The notes under the pieces: model-generated
Database searches by the model: none
What the model was told of the DNA's origin: nothing
What the model saw: only the letters and a program-made list of their open reading frames with translations
From: Bacteroidetes bacterium MED-G21
Lineage (GTDB): Bacteria > Bacteroidota > Bacteroidia > Flavobacteriales > UBA7430
DNA length: 51,875 nucleotides
Assembly: GCA_002457305.1 (NCBI GenBank)
Contig: NTKG01000003.1
Coordinates: 1 to 51,875, forward strand
Direction of reading: 5' to 3'
In this document: in pieces, positions 1-8,701 of the stretch
Layout of the letters: each line of letters starts with the position of its first letter
How positions within the stretch are numbered: the stretch's first letter is position 1
Made by a program: the position numbers and the translations under genes

Positions 1-2
1 AC

Positions 3-2045
3 CTTACATTATTTGTTAGCAACGGAGATGTAATTTTTGATTCAAATGGGACCCCATACACTGTTTCTGGTTCACAATCTGAATCGGGCGGATCACTCAC
101 AAGAATAGCATTTACATCATCGGTTCAGGGTGTATTTACAAATGGTAATTCCTATACCTCAAATATCGCATCGTGTGCTATTGAGGGTTGTACAGAGTCT
201 ACTGCTCAAAACTACATGTCTGATGCAAATACGGATGACGGATCTTGTGTTGTTTTTGGGTGTATGGACGAAAGCGCAAGTAATTTTAATTCAATAGCCA
301 ATAATGAAGATGATTCTTGTTTATACCCTGGTTGTACTGACCCTAATTATTTAGAATATGATGAAAACGCAAATACCGATGATGGCTCATGTTCTTGCGT
401 AAGCTCTGTAGAAATTAGCGTAACTACAACTTATGAAGAACCATTTGAGGCTGTCGTATCTGTCGTTGGAGACCATAACCTCTATTCTTCTGGTATTACT
501 GGTGATGATTTGATGGCTATCGCAAATTATAATTATGAGTGGGAGGAAGGTCAATATTGTTTTAATTACGGAGATCCAATGATGTGTGATGAGTTCGCAA
601 ACATTTTGAATTCCGAGATTTCTTTTGGTATTACTGGTGATGATTTGATGGCTATCGCAAATTATACTTATGAGTGGGAGGAAGGTCAATATTGTTTTAA
701 TTACGGAGATCCAATGATGTGTTATGAGTTCGCAAACATTTTGAATTCCGAGATTTCTTTTGGTGGTTCTAATTTTGAATGGTCTAATGATGAAGGTGTA
801 TTATCTACTTCAGAAGAATTTATTCTCAGCACTCCAGGAGAATATACTTTATCTCTCTCTCAAAATGGATGTGAGACACTAAATCAAAACTTTGTTGTAA
901 TAAGTGGTGAAGTAGTTTCAGGTTGTACAAATTCTACTGCAATAAATTATAATGAAGAAGCTAATTCAGATGATGGTTCTTGTATCATCGAGGGATGTAC
1001 TGATTCCATTGCATTAAACTATAATCCTTCCGCAAACCAAAATGATAATTTATGTCAATATATACTTGGGTGTACAGATAGTACCGCATATAATTTTGAC
1101 GCTGTGGCAACTCAAGATGACGGGTCTTGTGTATCGATTATTTTTGGATGTACTGATAGTACTGCTTTTAACTTTGATTCTCAAGCAAATACTGATGACG
1201 GAGCTTGTTTACCAAAAATATTTGGCTGCACTGACCAAAGTGCCTCTAACTTCAACTCTATTGCAAATACTGATGATGGCTTATGCATCCCTTATGTTCA
1301 ACTTCCTGAAGGCTGGAGTATGTTTGGGTATACATGCTTAGAGTCACTAGATGTAGTGGATGCCTTTTCTGAGATATCTGCTAGTATAGAAATTGTAAAA
1401 GATGAATGGGGGCTAGCCTACCTTCCAGCTTGGGGCTTTAGCGCATTTGATAATTTAGAATTTGGTGAGGGATACCAAATTAAAATGATAGAGAATGTTA
1501 CAGATTTTGAATTTTGTACTACAATCGCTGGAGGTGCATCTCAGAATGAATTGGATGCTGCTTATGCAGAAGGTGCAGCCTCGGTAATACCTGAAGATGG
1601 AATCAGTCAATCTGATGTAGAAGATGCTTATGCAGATGGTGTTGCATCAGTTGAAATTCCTGAATTTGAAAGATTTATTGGTGATTATTACCAAGGTGGT
1701 TATATATTGCAAATCAACGAAGATGGCACAGGTTTGGTAGTTGACATACAAGATTTAGGAGTATTTGCTTGGTATATTGCTATTGAAGAAGCTGAAAGTG
1801 CTACCTCCCAAGGCTACGACGATTGGTATCTTCCAAGTAAAGAAGAATTAGAGTTAATGTACAACACTATAGGTCAAAACGGACCGCAAGGTAATAGAGG
1901 GGTTTTTGAAAATGATTTTTATTGGTCTTCCTCGCAGTATTATGACAATAATTTCGGTGCGTGGGGCGTAGATTTCTCTGGTGGTGGTGCGGGAGGTGAC
2001 GTTATTCACAATAGTTACAGGGTTCGTGTTATTCGCGCTTTTTAA
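3..2045 (+). CDS. Cys-rich repeat (GCTD...DDGSC) surface protein with C-terminal DUF1566/Lcl-type C-type-lectin-fold domain; 5'-truncated by the window edge
   Basis: The frame of ORF 216..2045 is open back to position 3 (LTLFVSNG...IEGCTESTAQNY-MSDANT). Eight GC[TM][DEN]xxxxNY/FxxxAxxDDGxC-type repeats. C-terminus GYDDWYLPSKEEL...YWSSS...AWGVDF...RVRVIRAF is typical of DUF1566. Confidence 0.85.
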   Translation, partial: LTLFVSNGDVIFDSNGTPYTVSGSQSESGGSLTRIAFTSSVQGVFTNGNSYTSNIASCAIEGCTESTAQNYMSDANTDDGSCVVFGCMDESASNFNSIANNEDDSCLYPGCTDPNYLEYDENANTDDGSCSCVSSVEISVTTTYEEPFEAVVSVVGDHNLYSSGITGDDLMAIANYNYEWEEGQYCFNYGDPMMCDEFANILNSEISFGITGDDLMAIANYTYEWEEGQYCFNYGDPMMCYEFANILNSEISFGGSNFEWSNDEGVLSTSEEFILSTPGEYTLSLSQNGCETLNQNFVVISGEVVSGCTNSTAINYNEEANSDDGSCIIEGCTDSIALNYNPSANQNDNLCQYILGCTDSTAYNFDAVATQDDGSCVSIIFGCTDSTAFNFDSQANTDDGACLPKIFGCTDQSASNFNSIANTDDGLCIPYVQLPEGWSMFGYTCLESLDVVDAFSEISASIEIVKDEWGLAYLPAWGFSAFDNLEFGEGYQIKMIENVTDFEFCTTIAGGASQNELDAAYAEGAASVIPEDGISQSDVEDAYADGVASVEIPEFERFIGDYYQGGYILQINEDGTGLVVDIQDLGVFAWYIAIEEAESATSQGYDDWYLPSKEELELMYNTIGQNGPQGNRGVFENDFYWSSSQYYDNNFGAWGVDFSGGGAGGDVIHNSYRVRVIRAF
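186..392 (+). repeat. Three tandem ~24-aa GCTD-type Cys repeats
   Basis: GCTESTAQNYMSDANTDDGSC / GCMDESASNFNSIANNEDDSC / GCTDPNYLEYDENANTDDGSC. Confidence 0.9.
492..761 (+). repeat. In-frame 135-bp direct tandem duplication (2 copies, 2 mismatches)
   Basis: 492-626 vs 627-761 are identical except A532/C667 and G588/T723; encodes GITGDDLMAIANY[N/T]YEWEEGQYCFNYGDPMMC[D/Y]EFANILNSEISF twice. Confidence 0.97.
921..1286 (+). repeat. Five tandem GCTD-type Cys repeats
   Basis: GCTNSTAINYNEEANSDDGSC through GCTDQSASNFNSIANTDDGLC. Confidence 0.9.
1920..2045 (+). other. Candidate DGR variable region (VR)
   Basis: YWSSS...AW.V.F...VR.IRAF scaffold; 22 of the 27 codons at 1938-2018 end in a pyrimidine, as expected for codons derived from AAY. 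Confidence 0.55.
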
Positions 2046-2066
2046 CAATTTTAAGTATAAATACTG

Positions 2067-2098
2067 AAAAAAGCCACTCTAAAAGGGTGGCTTCTTTT
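2067..2098 (+). terminator. Intrinsic terminator after the surface-protein gene
   Basis: AAGCCACTCT-AAA-AGGGTGGCTT stem (one G:U) followed by CTTTT, with an A-tract before it. Confidence 0.8.
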
Positions 2099-2396
2099 AT
2101 GATATCTAAACTCAAAAAATAATTGATTTAACAATCTTCCACCCCTAATTACCCATCTATCCAAGCAAATTAAATTAATGTGTTAAATCAATTTTATTCA
2201 ATTTATATCGTACTATTTTATGTGGTAGTTTGATGAGAATATTATTCTCTCTATTTAGAATGAAAAAGTCTAATTATAAATTATTTTGACAAGAATATTT
2301 ATCAAAAATGAAGTGATTTAAGTCTTATTTTTGATTTTGTTAATCACTCTATAACCCCTATAAAACCTCAGAAAAAGGACTCGAAGAGGCTAAAAT

Positions 2397-4238
2397 CTAC
2401 TCAACTGTAACCGACTTTGCTAAATTACGAGGCTGGTCTACATGACAGCCTCTCATTACTGCAATATGATACGAAATCAATTGTAAAGGAATAGTGGTAA
2501 GGAGTGGGCTTAACCGTTCATCTACCTCTGGTATTTCAATCACGTGATCGGCAATTTTACTGACAACAGAGTCTCCGTCATTTACAATGGCAATGATTTT
2601 TCCGTTTCTTGCTTTAATTTCCTGAATGTTACTAACCACTTTTTCGTAATGCTCGGTTTTTATTGCAACCACAACGGTAGGCATGTCTGCATCTATTAAA
2701 GCAATCGGACCGTGTTTCATCTCCGCTGCTGGGTAGCCCTCTGCGTGGATATAAGAAATCTCTTTAAGCTTTAAAGCGCCTTCTAGTGCTACTGGAAAGT
2801 TTATACCCCTGCCTAAGAACAAACAGTTTGAGACATCTTTATAAACTGAGGCAATGTGCTTCGATTGCGCGTCTAGATTAAGTGTTTGCTGAACTTTTTT
2901 GGGAATTGCATTCAACTCTCTAATCAGCTTTCTATATAGTTTTTTAGAAATCGACCCCTTTTTTTCAGCCAGGCTCATCGCAATCAAAGTAAATAATGTT
3001 ACTTGTGCAGTAAATGCTTTTGTTGAGGCCACACCAATTTCTGGCCCTGCATGCGTGTAAGCACCTATGTGGGCTTCTCTGGCGATGCTTGACCCAACAA
3101 CATTACAAATACCAAAAATAGTTGCTCCTTTAGCTTTAGCTAACTGTATCGCAGAAAGAGTGTCTGCGGTTTCGCCAGACTGTGATACAGCAATTACAAT
3201 GTCTCGCTCAGTGATAATGGGGTTTCTATATCTAAACTCTGATGCGTATTCAACCTCAACCGGAATACGAGCGAGGCCTTCAATTAAATACTCAGCAACC
3301 AAGCCGGCGTGCCAAGAGGTTCCGCAAGCAACAATAACGATGCGGTCTGCATTCAAGAATTTTTTTTCGTACTGATTGAGGGCGTTTATACTAATGTTGT
3401 TTTTATCGACAATCAAGCGACCTCTAAGGGTATCAAAAATAGATTTAGGCTGCTCATTTACCTCCTTCAACATAAAATGGTCGTAACCGGCTTTTTCTAT
3501 AGACTCTATTTCTAAGGCCAGCTCTTGAATGTATGGGCGAATCAATTTGTTAGCAATCGTTCTTATTTCTAATCCTTTTTTCAATGAAATTAAAGCAACT
3601 TCTTCTTCTTCCAGGTAAACGGCTTGGTTGGTATATTCAATAAAGGGGGTTGCGTCGGAAGCAATGTAGTACTCACCGGTACCAATACCAATAACTAAGG
3701 GGCTCCCTTTTTTTGCAACAACTATTTGATCATTGTTGCCTTCTTCAATAACTGCTATGGCATAAGCGCCAACTACCTGATTTAAAGCAATGCGAACAGC
3801 TTCGGCCAAAGAAACTTCTGTGTGCAGCAACACATCTTCTATTAAATTCACCAGAACCTCAGTATCTGTTTCGCTTTCAAAAGTGTAACCACGCTTTAAA
3901 AGACCTTCTTTTATTGAGGCATAATTCTCAATAATACCGTTGTGAATAATTGCTATACGTCCTGAATTAGAATAGTGCGGATGAGAGTTGATATCGTTTG
4001 GGGAGCCGTGTGTTGCCCAGCGGGTGTGACCAATACCTAATGAAGATTGGGGATCTGCATCTAATACAAGGTTTTCCATTTCGGCAACTTTACCTTGCTT
4101 TTTAAAAACCTCTATTCGGGAATCATTTATTATAGCAATCCCCGAACTATCGTAGCCGCGGTACTCTAGCCTCTTTAAACCTTTAATTAAAACCGGGGGC
4201 GCTTGCTTATCACCAATATAACCAACTATTCCACACAT
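2397..4238 (-). CDS. glmS: Glutamine-fructose-6-phosphate transaminase (isomerizing)
   Basis: N-terminal MCGIVG, GHTRWATHG, C-terminal DQPRNLAKSVTVE. Confidence 0.99.
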   Translation of the reverse strand: MCGIVGYIGDKQAPPVLIKGLKRLEYRGYDSSGIAIINDSRIEVFKKQGKVAEMENLVLDADPQSSLGIGHTRWATHGSPNDINSHPHYSNSGRIAIIHNGIIENYASIKEGLLKRGYTFESETDTEVLVNLIEDVLLHTEVSLAEAVRIALNQVVGAYAIAVIEEGNNDQIVVAKKGSPLVIGIGTGEYYIASDATPFIEYTNQAVYLEEEEVALISLKKGLEIRTIANKLIRPYIQELALEIESIEKAGYDHFMLKEVNEQPKSIFDTLRGRLIVDKNNISINALNQYEKKFLNADRIVIVACGTSWHAGLVAEYLIEGLARIPVEVEYASEFRYRNPIITERDIVIAVSQSGETADTLSAIQLAKAKGATIFGICNVVGSSIAREAHIGAYTHAGPEIGVASTKAFTAQVTLFTLIAMSLAEKKGSISKKLYRKLIRELNAIPKKVQQTLNLDAQSKHIASVYKDVSNCLFLGRGINFPVALEGALKLKEISYIHAEGYPAAEMKHGPIALIDADMPTVVVAIKTEHYEKVVSNIQEIKARNGKIIAIVNDGDSVVSKIADHVIEIPEVDERLSPLLTTIPLQLISYHIAVMRGCHVDQPRNLAKSVTVE

Positions 4239-4268
4239 TTAATATGTTCTTTAAAATTATCTCTATCG

Positions 4269-5546
4269 TTAATGAGAAACCAACAAGTTTAATCGAAGCC
4301 CCACACTGTCTACAGAATGATTATTAATGATAACTCGCTCTGGTTGTGAAACAGAAATCGGCACATATAGCGCCAACCTATTTGAATAACCCTCCTGAAC
4401 AACCTTATGAATATAACGTGCTATATTAAATGTATACGTTTGGGCTGACTCATTTTTATTGCCATCAAAATAACTGCTTCCCAGAACGTTTTGGTCTTCC
4501 GTTAGAACCTCTAAATTTCCATCGCTGTTAACCGCGGCTAAGCCCAACTTTTCGGGACTTGAAAAAATACTATCTGCTTCGGTTGAAATATAAGGAATGG
4601 TTAATTCTGCACTATGAAAAACATAATTAGAATCTTTTAAACTCTTGAGGTCAGGTAGTTCAATATAGGTTCTTAAGCCAACGCTACCTTGAACATATGA
4701 CTGAGAGACATATTCCATGTCTAGTGCTGTTTCTATTTCAGTCGCAGAATAATCGTGTGCCCACCGCGTCATTCTGTCTGTACTACTATTTATTTGGAAG
4801 TCGTAAGACAAAGAGTCTGACGTCTCGTTATGGTAATATATCGTTAGTTTACTGTTTTCAGCTAACAAATCAAGTTCTAATAGCAGGCCGCTTCCGGGGC
4901 CTTGGTCTGCCGAAACATACAAGCCGTTAAAAAGGCTCTGAAAAGCGTCGTTATCTGTGTAGTTTGCGGTGTCTGCATCTAATATGTGCTGAGCAAAGGT
5001 GTTTGAAAGCTTTACTTTTAGCTCAGAATTAACAATAGACTGAAGGGTCTGTTGGGGCTCATTAAGAAGTTGAGGGTCAAAATCAAAATCATCTGTAGAA
5101 TAAATGTTAACCGAACTCTCAACATCTAAACCCTCTGTTGTTGTGGTTTCTATTGTCTCTAGCATTTCTCTTACGCTAATGCTCAAAGGGGAAAGGGTGT
5201 CGCCATAATAGCTCGCTATATCTAAATATAACACAATTGAGTCTGCTTGAGCAGAGCTCCCAAAGTCAACATCTGTCGAAGGAATGCGAAATTCTGTATA
5301 TAAAGATGCTGTTGTGTTTCCAAAATAAGGATCCTGTATAGATCCAATAAAAGATGTGGGCCGGTTTAAGGTTGATAATGAGTCTTCCCTTACGGTAGAG
5401 ATTTTAATTTCTTGATCATCAAAAGAAAAGACCTCTAGGTCGTCAGACACAACCAATTGAGATCCCAACTCATTCCACTCTTTTTTACATGCGGTAAAAA
5501 GAACAACTACAGCCAATATGGCTATAGATCTAAGTGTGTATTTCAT
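4269..5546 (-). CDS. DUF4270-family lipoprotein
   Basis: Lipobox LFTAC; sits between the GT5 gene and glmS as in Bacteroidota; FGxTTASLYTEF and DSIVLYL motifs. Confidence 0.8.
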   Translation of the reverse strand: MKYTLRSIAILAVVVLFTACKKEWNELGSQLVVSDDLEVFSFDDQEIKISTVREDSLSTLNRPTSFIGSIQDPYFGNTTASLYTEFRIPSTDVDFGSSAQADSIVLYLDIASYYGDTLSPLSISVREMLETIETTTTEGLDVESSVNIYSTDDFDFDPQLLNEPQQTLQSIVNSELKVKLSNTFAQHILDADTANYTDNDAFQSLFNGLYVSADQGPGSGLLLELDLLAENSKLTIYYHNETSDSLSYDFQINSSTDRMTRWAHDYSATEIETALDMEYVSQSYVQGSVGLRTYIELPDLKSLKDSNYVFHSAELTIPYISTEADSIFSSPEKLGLAAVNSDGNLEVLTEDQNVLGSSYFDGNKNESAQTYTFNIARYIHKVVQEGYSNRLALYVPISVSQPERVIINNHSVDSVGLRLNLLVSH

Positions 5547-5551
5547 ATAAA

Positions 5552-6358
5552 TTATTCCTCAAACAAGGTTTCGTAAAAAGGCTTGTACTGCTCCTTATAT
5601 TCGCCATCTGCATACTCTAGGGTTGGCAACTTAGAATCCTCAATGAGCTTTAATAGGTCTTCATCAAGTTCTGTACTACCCTTAATAACAGCGTCTGAGT
5701 AATTTAATGCCGTTTCTGCTAGCTTTTTATAGTCTACTTTTTCAAATCCGGCAAGATCCTCTTCGCTGTAACCGTCAAACTTTAGCTTATCTGTTAGCCC
5801 ATCACTTAGGGTTCCTTCGAAAGACTGGTTGTAAAGGGAAACAACAATTTTGGTTTTCTCAAAAATAGGGTCGTCGTGATAAAACTTTTTCAAATACATC
5901 GGCAAAAAGCTCGCCATCCAACCATTACAGTGAATAACGTCTGGAGACCAACCCAGTTTTTTAACAGACTCTATGACTCCTCGACAAAAGAAAAGTGCGC
6001 GCTCATCATTGTCTGAATAAAAAGCTCCTTTTTTGTCTTCTGTTGTAAACTTGCGTTTGAAATATTCTTCGTTATCTATAAAGTATACTTGCATTCTCGC
6101 TTGTGGTATTGACGCCACCTTAATGATTAGGGGTTGGTCAATATCGTTAACAATTAGGTTCATCCCTGAAAGTCGGATGACCTCATGTAGTTGGTGTCTT
6201 CTTTCATTAATACACCCAAAGCGAGGCATAAACAATCTAACATCTATTCCAGATTCATTCATTGCTTGTGGCAAAAACCGAGAGGTTTTAGACAAATCGT
6301 TCTCCGGTAAATACGGGGTTATTTCTTGTGAAACGTATAATATTCTTTTCTTAACCAT
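5552..6358 (-). CDS. Glycogen/starch synthase catalytic-domain protein (stand-alone GT5 N-terminal domain)
   Basis: RILYVSQEITPYL, RLFMPRFGCINERRHQLHEVIRLSGMN, DNDERALFF, WSPDVIHCNGW. Confidence 0.9.
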   Translation of the reverse strand: MVKKRILYVSQEITPYLPENDLSKTSRFLPQAMNESGIDVRLFMPRFGCINERRHQLHEVIRLSGMNLIVNDIDQPLIIKVASIPQARMQVYFIDNEEYFKRKFTTEDKKGAFYSDNDERALFFCRGVIESVKKLGWSPDVIHCNGWMASFLPMYLKKFYHDDPIFEKTKIVVSLYNQSFEGTLSDGLTDKLKFDGYSEEDLAGFEKVDYKKLAETALNYSDAVIKGSTELDEDLLKLIEDSKLPTLEYADGEYKEQYKPFYETLFEE

Positions 6359-6468
6359 GGCCCAACTTTCTTTTTAATCATAAAACAAACACACAAAAAT
6401 ACAAAATTTTATCCACTTTATTAAGTTTTTCAGTAGCTTTAGCTCCATTTTGCAATATTTTACGGTGC

Positions 6469-7317
6469 ATGAAAATTATTTCAAGCGTATACGAATTAAC
6501 TCTTTTTCTGGGTAAGCATTCAAAAAAGATGTCACTTGGATTTGTTCCAACGATGGGCGCACTTCATCAAGGCCACCTTAGCTTGTTAAAAAAATCACGC
6601 TCTCAAAACGAGCTTAGCCTATGTTCTATTTTTATAAATCCAACTCAATTTAACAACAAGGCTGACTTAAAAAACTATCCCAGCAGACTTAAAGAAGACA
6701 TAAAGTTATTAGGTGCGGCTGGATGCGATGTGGTGTTTACACCACCAGTCTCTGAAATATACCCTGGTGGGTTGCCGTCCGAAGAATATGATTTTGGGCA
6801 ACTCGATAAAGTGATGGAAGGTGTTCAGCGTCCGGGTCACTTTAATGGTGTGGCAATGGTGGTGGCTCGATTCTTCGAAATCATCCAGCCACAAAGAGCC
6901 TACTTTGGCGAAAAGGACTATCAACAACTCGCGATCATTCGGTCACTTGCTGCACAAAAGTTCAAAAATATTGAAATCGTTTCTTGCCCTACCTTGCGCG
7001 AAAAAAGTGGCTTAGCAATGAGCTCTCGAAATTTACTTCTTAACGAGCGTTATCAAATTGCTGCGCAAAGAATATACCAGCGCTTGTTGTCTGTTAAAAA
7101 GCGCGCAAAGAACGCTAACGTTGCAGAGCTTGAGTTGTGGGTCGCAAATGAATTTAAAAAAGATGGTGACCTGGTTCTTGAATATTTTGAAATAGTAGAT
7201 GCAAAAAGCTTAAAAAAAAGCACGGGTTGGTCTGATTTTCCAGAGCACGTCGCTTGTCTTGCTGTTTTTGCCGGAACCACGCGTTTAATTGATAACATTT
7301 TATTAAAAATTAATTAA
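6469..7317 (+). CDS. panC: Pantoate--beta-alanine ligase
   Basis: GFVPTMGALHQGH, RPGHFNGV, FGEKDYQQ, GLAMSSRN, RLIDN. Confidence 0.99.
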   Translation: MKIISSVYELTLFLGKHSKKMSLGFVPTMGALHQGHLSLLKKSRSQNELSLCSIFINPTQFNNKADLKNYPSRLKEDIKLLGAAGCDVVFTPPVSEIYPGGLPSEEYDFGQLDKVMEGVQRPGHFNGVAMVVARFFEIIQPQRAYFGEKDYQQLAIIRSLAAQKFKNIEIVSCPTLREKSGLAMSSRNLLLNERYQIAAQRIYQRLLSVKKRAKNANVAELELWVANEFKKDGDLVLEYFEIVDAKSLKKSTGWSDFPEHVACLAVFAGTTRLIDNILLKIN

Positions 7318-7335
7318 AATGTCTAATTTTGAACC

Positions 7336-7686
7336 ATGCAAATAGAGGTTGTAAAATCAAAGATTCATCGCGTTAAGATTACCCAAGCCAATTTAAACTA
7401 CATTGGGAGTATTACCATTGATGAAAAACTCATGGAAGCATCTAACATTGTTGAAGGAGAAAAGGTGCAGGTGGTTAATATAAATAATGGTGAGCGGTTG
7501 GAAACCTATGTTATTAAGGGGGTGCCTCGCTCTGGGGAAGTTTGTATGAATGGCCCGGCGGCTCGAAAAGTTCAATCAGGCGACTTGGTCATTATCATCA
7601 CTTATGCTAGTATGAGTATTAAGGAAGCTAAAGCTTTTAAGCCAACCTTAATTTTTCCAAACGAAGAAACCAACACTCTAGACTAA
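7336..7686 (+). CDS. panD: Aspartate 1-decarboxylase
   Basis: [14 protein letters not shown] (G-S self-cleavage site), [14 protein letters not shown]. Confidence 0.99.
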   Translation: MQIEVVKSKIHRVKITQANLNYIGSITIDEKLMEASNIVEGEKVQVVNINNGERLETYVIKGVPRSGEVCMNGPAARKVQSGDLVIIITYASMSIKEAKAFKPTLIFPNEETNTLD

Positions 7687-7687
7687 T

Positions 7688-8701
7688 ATGAAGGATAAAC
7701 TTCTTTCTGTCTTTAAATATCTTTTCTTTTTAATCTTAGGGGGCGGCATTTTATACCTTGTCTTAAAAGGTAAAGATCTTAATAAAATGCTTGAAGATTT
7801 AAAAAGTGCAGAATACAAGTATCTCGTTGCCTCAATGGTCTTTGGTTACGCAGCATATCTTTTTCGTGCACTAAGATGGGTGTTGTTACTTAAAACGATG
7901 AGCTATAAAACGAGTGTTGGCCATGCAACTCACGCTATTGCCGTGGGTTATGTTGCAAATGTCATTTTTCCAAGAGCTGGCGAAATTGTTCGATGCACAA
8001 GTCTTTATAAGGTTACTGGTATTCCGGTAAACAAACTTTTTGGAACAGTGCTCTTGGAGCGTACTATTGATTTAGTGATGTTGGTTGCTTGTATTGCCAT
8101 GGGGTTTGCGTTAAAATATAATGAGCTAAGTTCTTTCCTCGGGTCGGTTAGCGGAGGGGCTGGTTCTGGACATATTAGCAATACAAAGCTGCTTTTGATT
8201 GTTTCCTTATTTATCATTTTAGGCGGGCTGTATTTTTTTCGTGAACAACTAAAACAGAGCAAGCTTTACCGAAAAGTCGTATCGCTTGGTATGGGTGTTA
8301 AAGAGGGGTTTCAGACCGCATACTTTATGAGACAAAAAGAATTATTTGTTTTACACACCCTTCTTATTTGGTTAATGTACCTATTAATGACATACATCTG
8401 CTTCTTTAGCATTCCCGAAACCTCTAATCTGCGTTTTTTAGATGGGCTTTACATTATGGTTATAGGTGGCCTCGGAATGATTGTTCCCGTCCAGGGTGGC
8501 TTGGGCCCATATCATGCAGCCGTAACCTTAGGAATTGTAAGCCTGGGGTTGTCAGAAACGACCGGTATAACACTTGCGGTGTTAATACACACCGCGCAAT
8601 CAATAATGATTCTCATCACAGGAATTATTGCCGCAATTGTTTTATCTTTCGCTAAAAGAAAAGCTGTGCTCAATGAACCAAATAAGTCGTCTTCAGTCTA
8701 A
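7688..8701 (+). CDS. Lysylphosphatidylglycerol synthase TM-domain (flippase-like) membrane protein
   Basis: RALRW, PRAGEIVR, GTVLLERTID, PVQGGLGPYH; multiple TM helices; typical neighbour of panD. Confidence 0.9.
   Translation: MKDKLLSVFKYLFFLILGGGILYLVLKGKDLNKMLEDLKSAEYKYLVASMVFGYAAYLFRALRWVLLLKTMSYKTSVGHATHAIAVGYVANVIFPRAGEIVRCTSLYKVTGIPVNKLFGTVLLERTIDLVMLVACIAMGFALKYNELSSFLGSVSGGAGSGHISNTKLLLIVSLFIILGGLYFFREQLKQSKLYRKVVSLGMGVKEGFQTAYFMRQKELFVLHTLLIWLMYLLMTYICFFSIPETSNLRFLDGLYIMVIGGLGMIVPVQGGLGPYHAAVTLGIVSLGLSETTGITLAVLIHTAQSIMILITGIIAAIVLSFAKRKAVLNEPNKSSSV

Noticed and set aside
492-761. Possible DGR TR/VR pair or CRISPR-like repeat
   Set aside because: Both copies are in frame within the CDS, there are no spacers, and only one of the two mismatches involves adenine.
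2071-2093. Hairpin as a DGR target-recognition cruciform
   Set aside because: The stem has a G:U-type mismatch and a T-tract, which fits an RNA terminator better; a dual role cannot be excluded.
2161-2193. TGTTAAAT as the XerD arm of a dif site (also TTATGTTAA near 28233)
   Set aside because: No recognisable XerC arm at the 6-bp spacing in either case.
2340-2396. Tn7 end at attTn7 downstream of glmS
   Set aside because: No terminal TGT or array of TnsB-type sites visible, and no tns genes in the window.
5552-6358. Short glycogen synthase as a pseudogene
   Set aside because: The stand-alone ~270-aa GT5 N-terminal domain before DUF4270-glmS is the usual intact Bacteroidota form.
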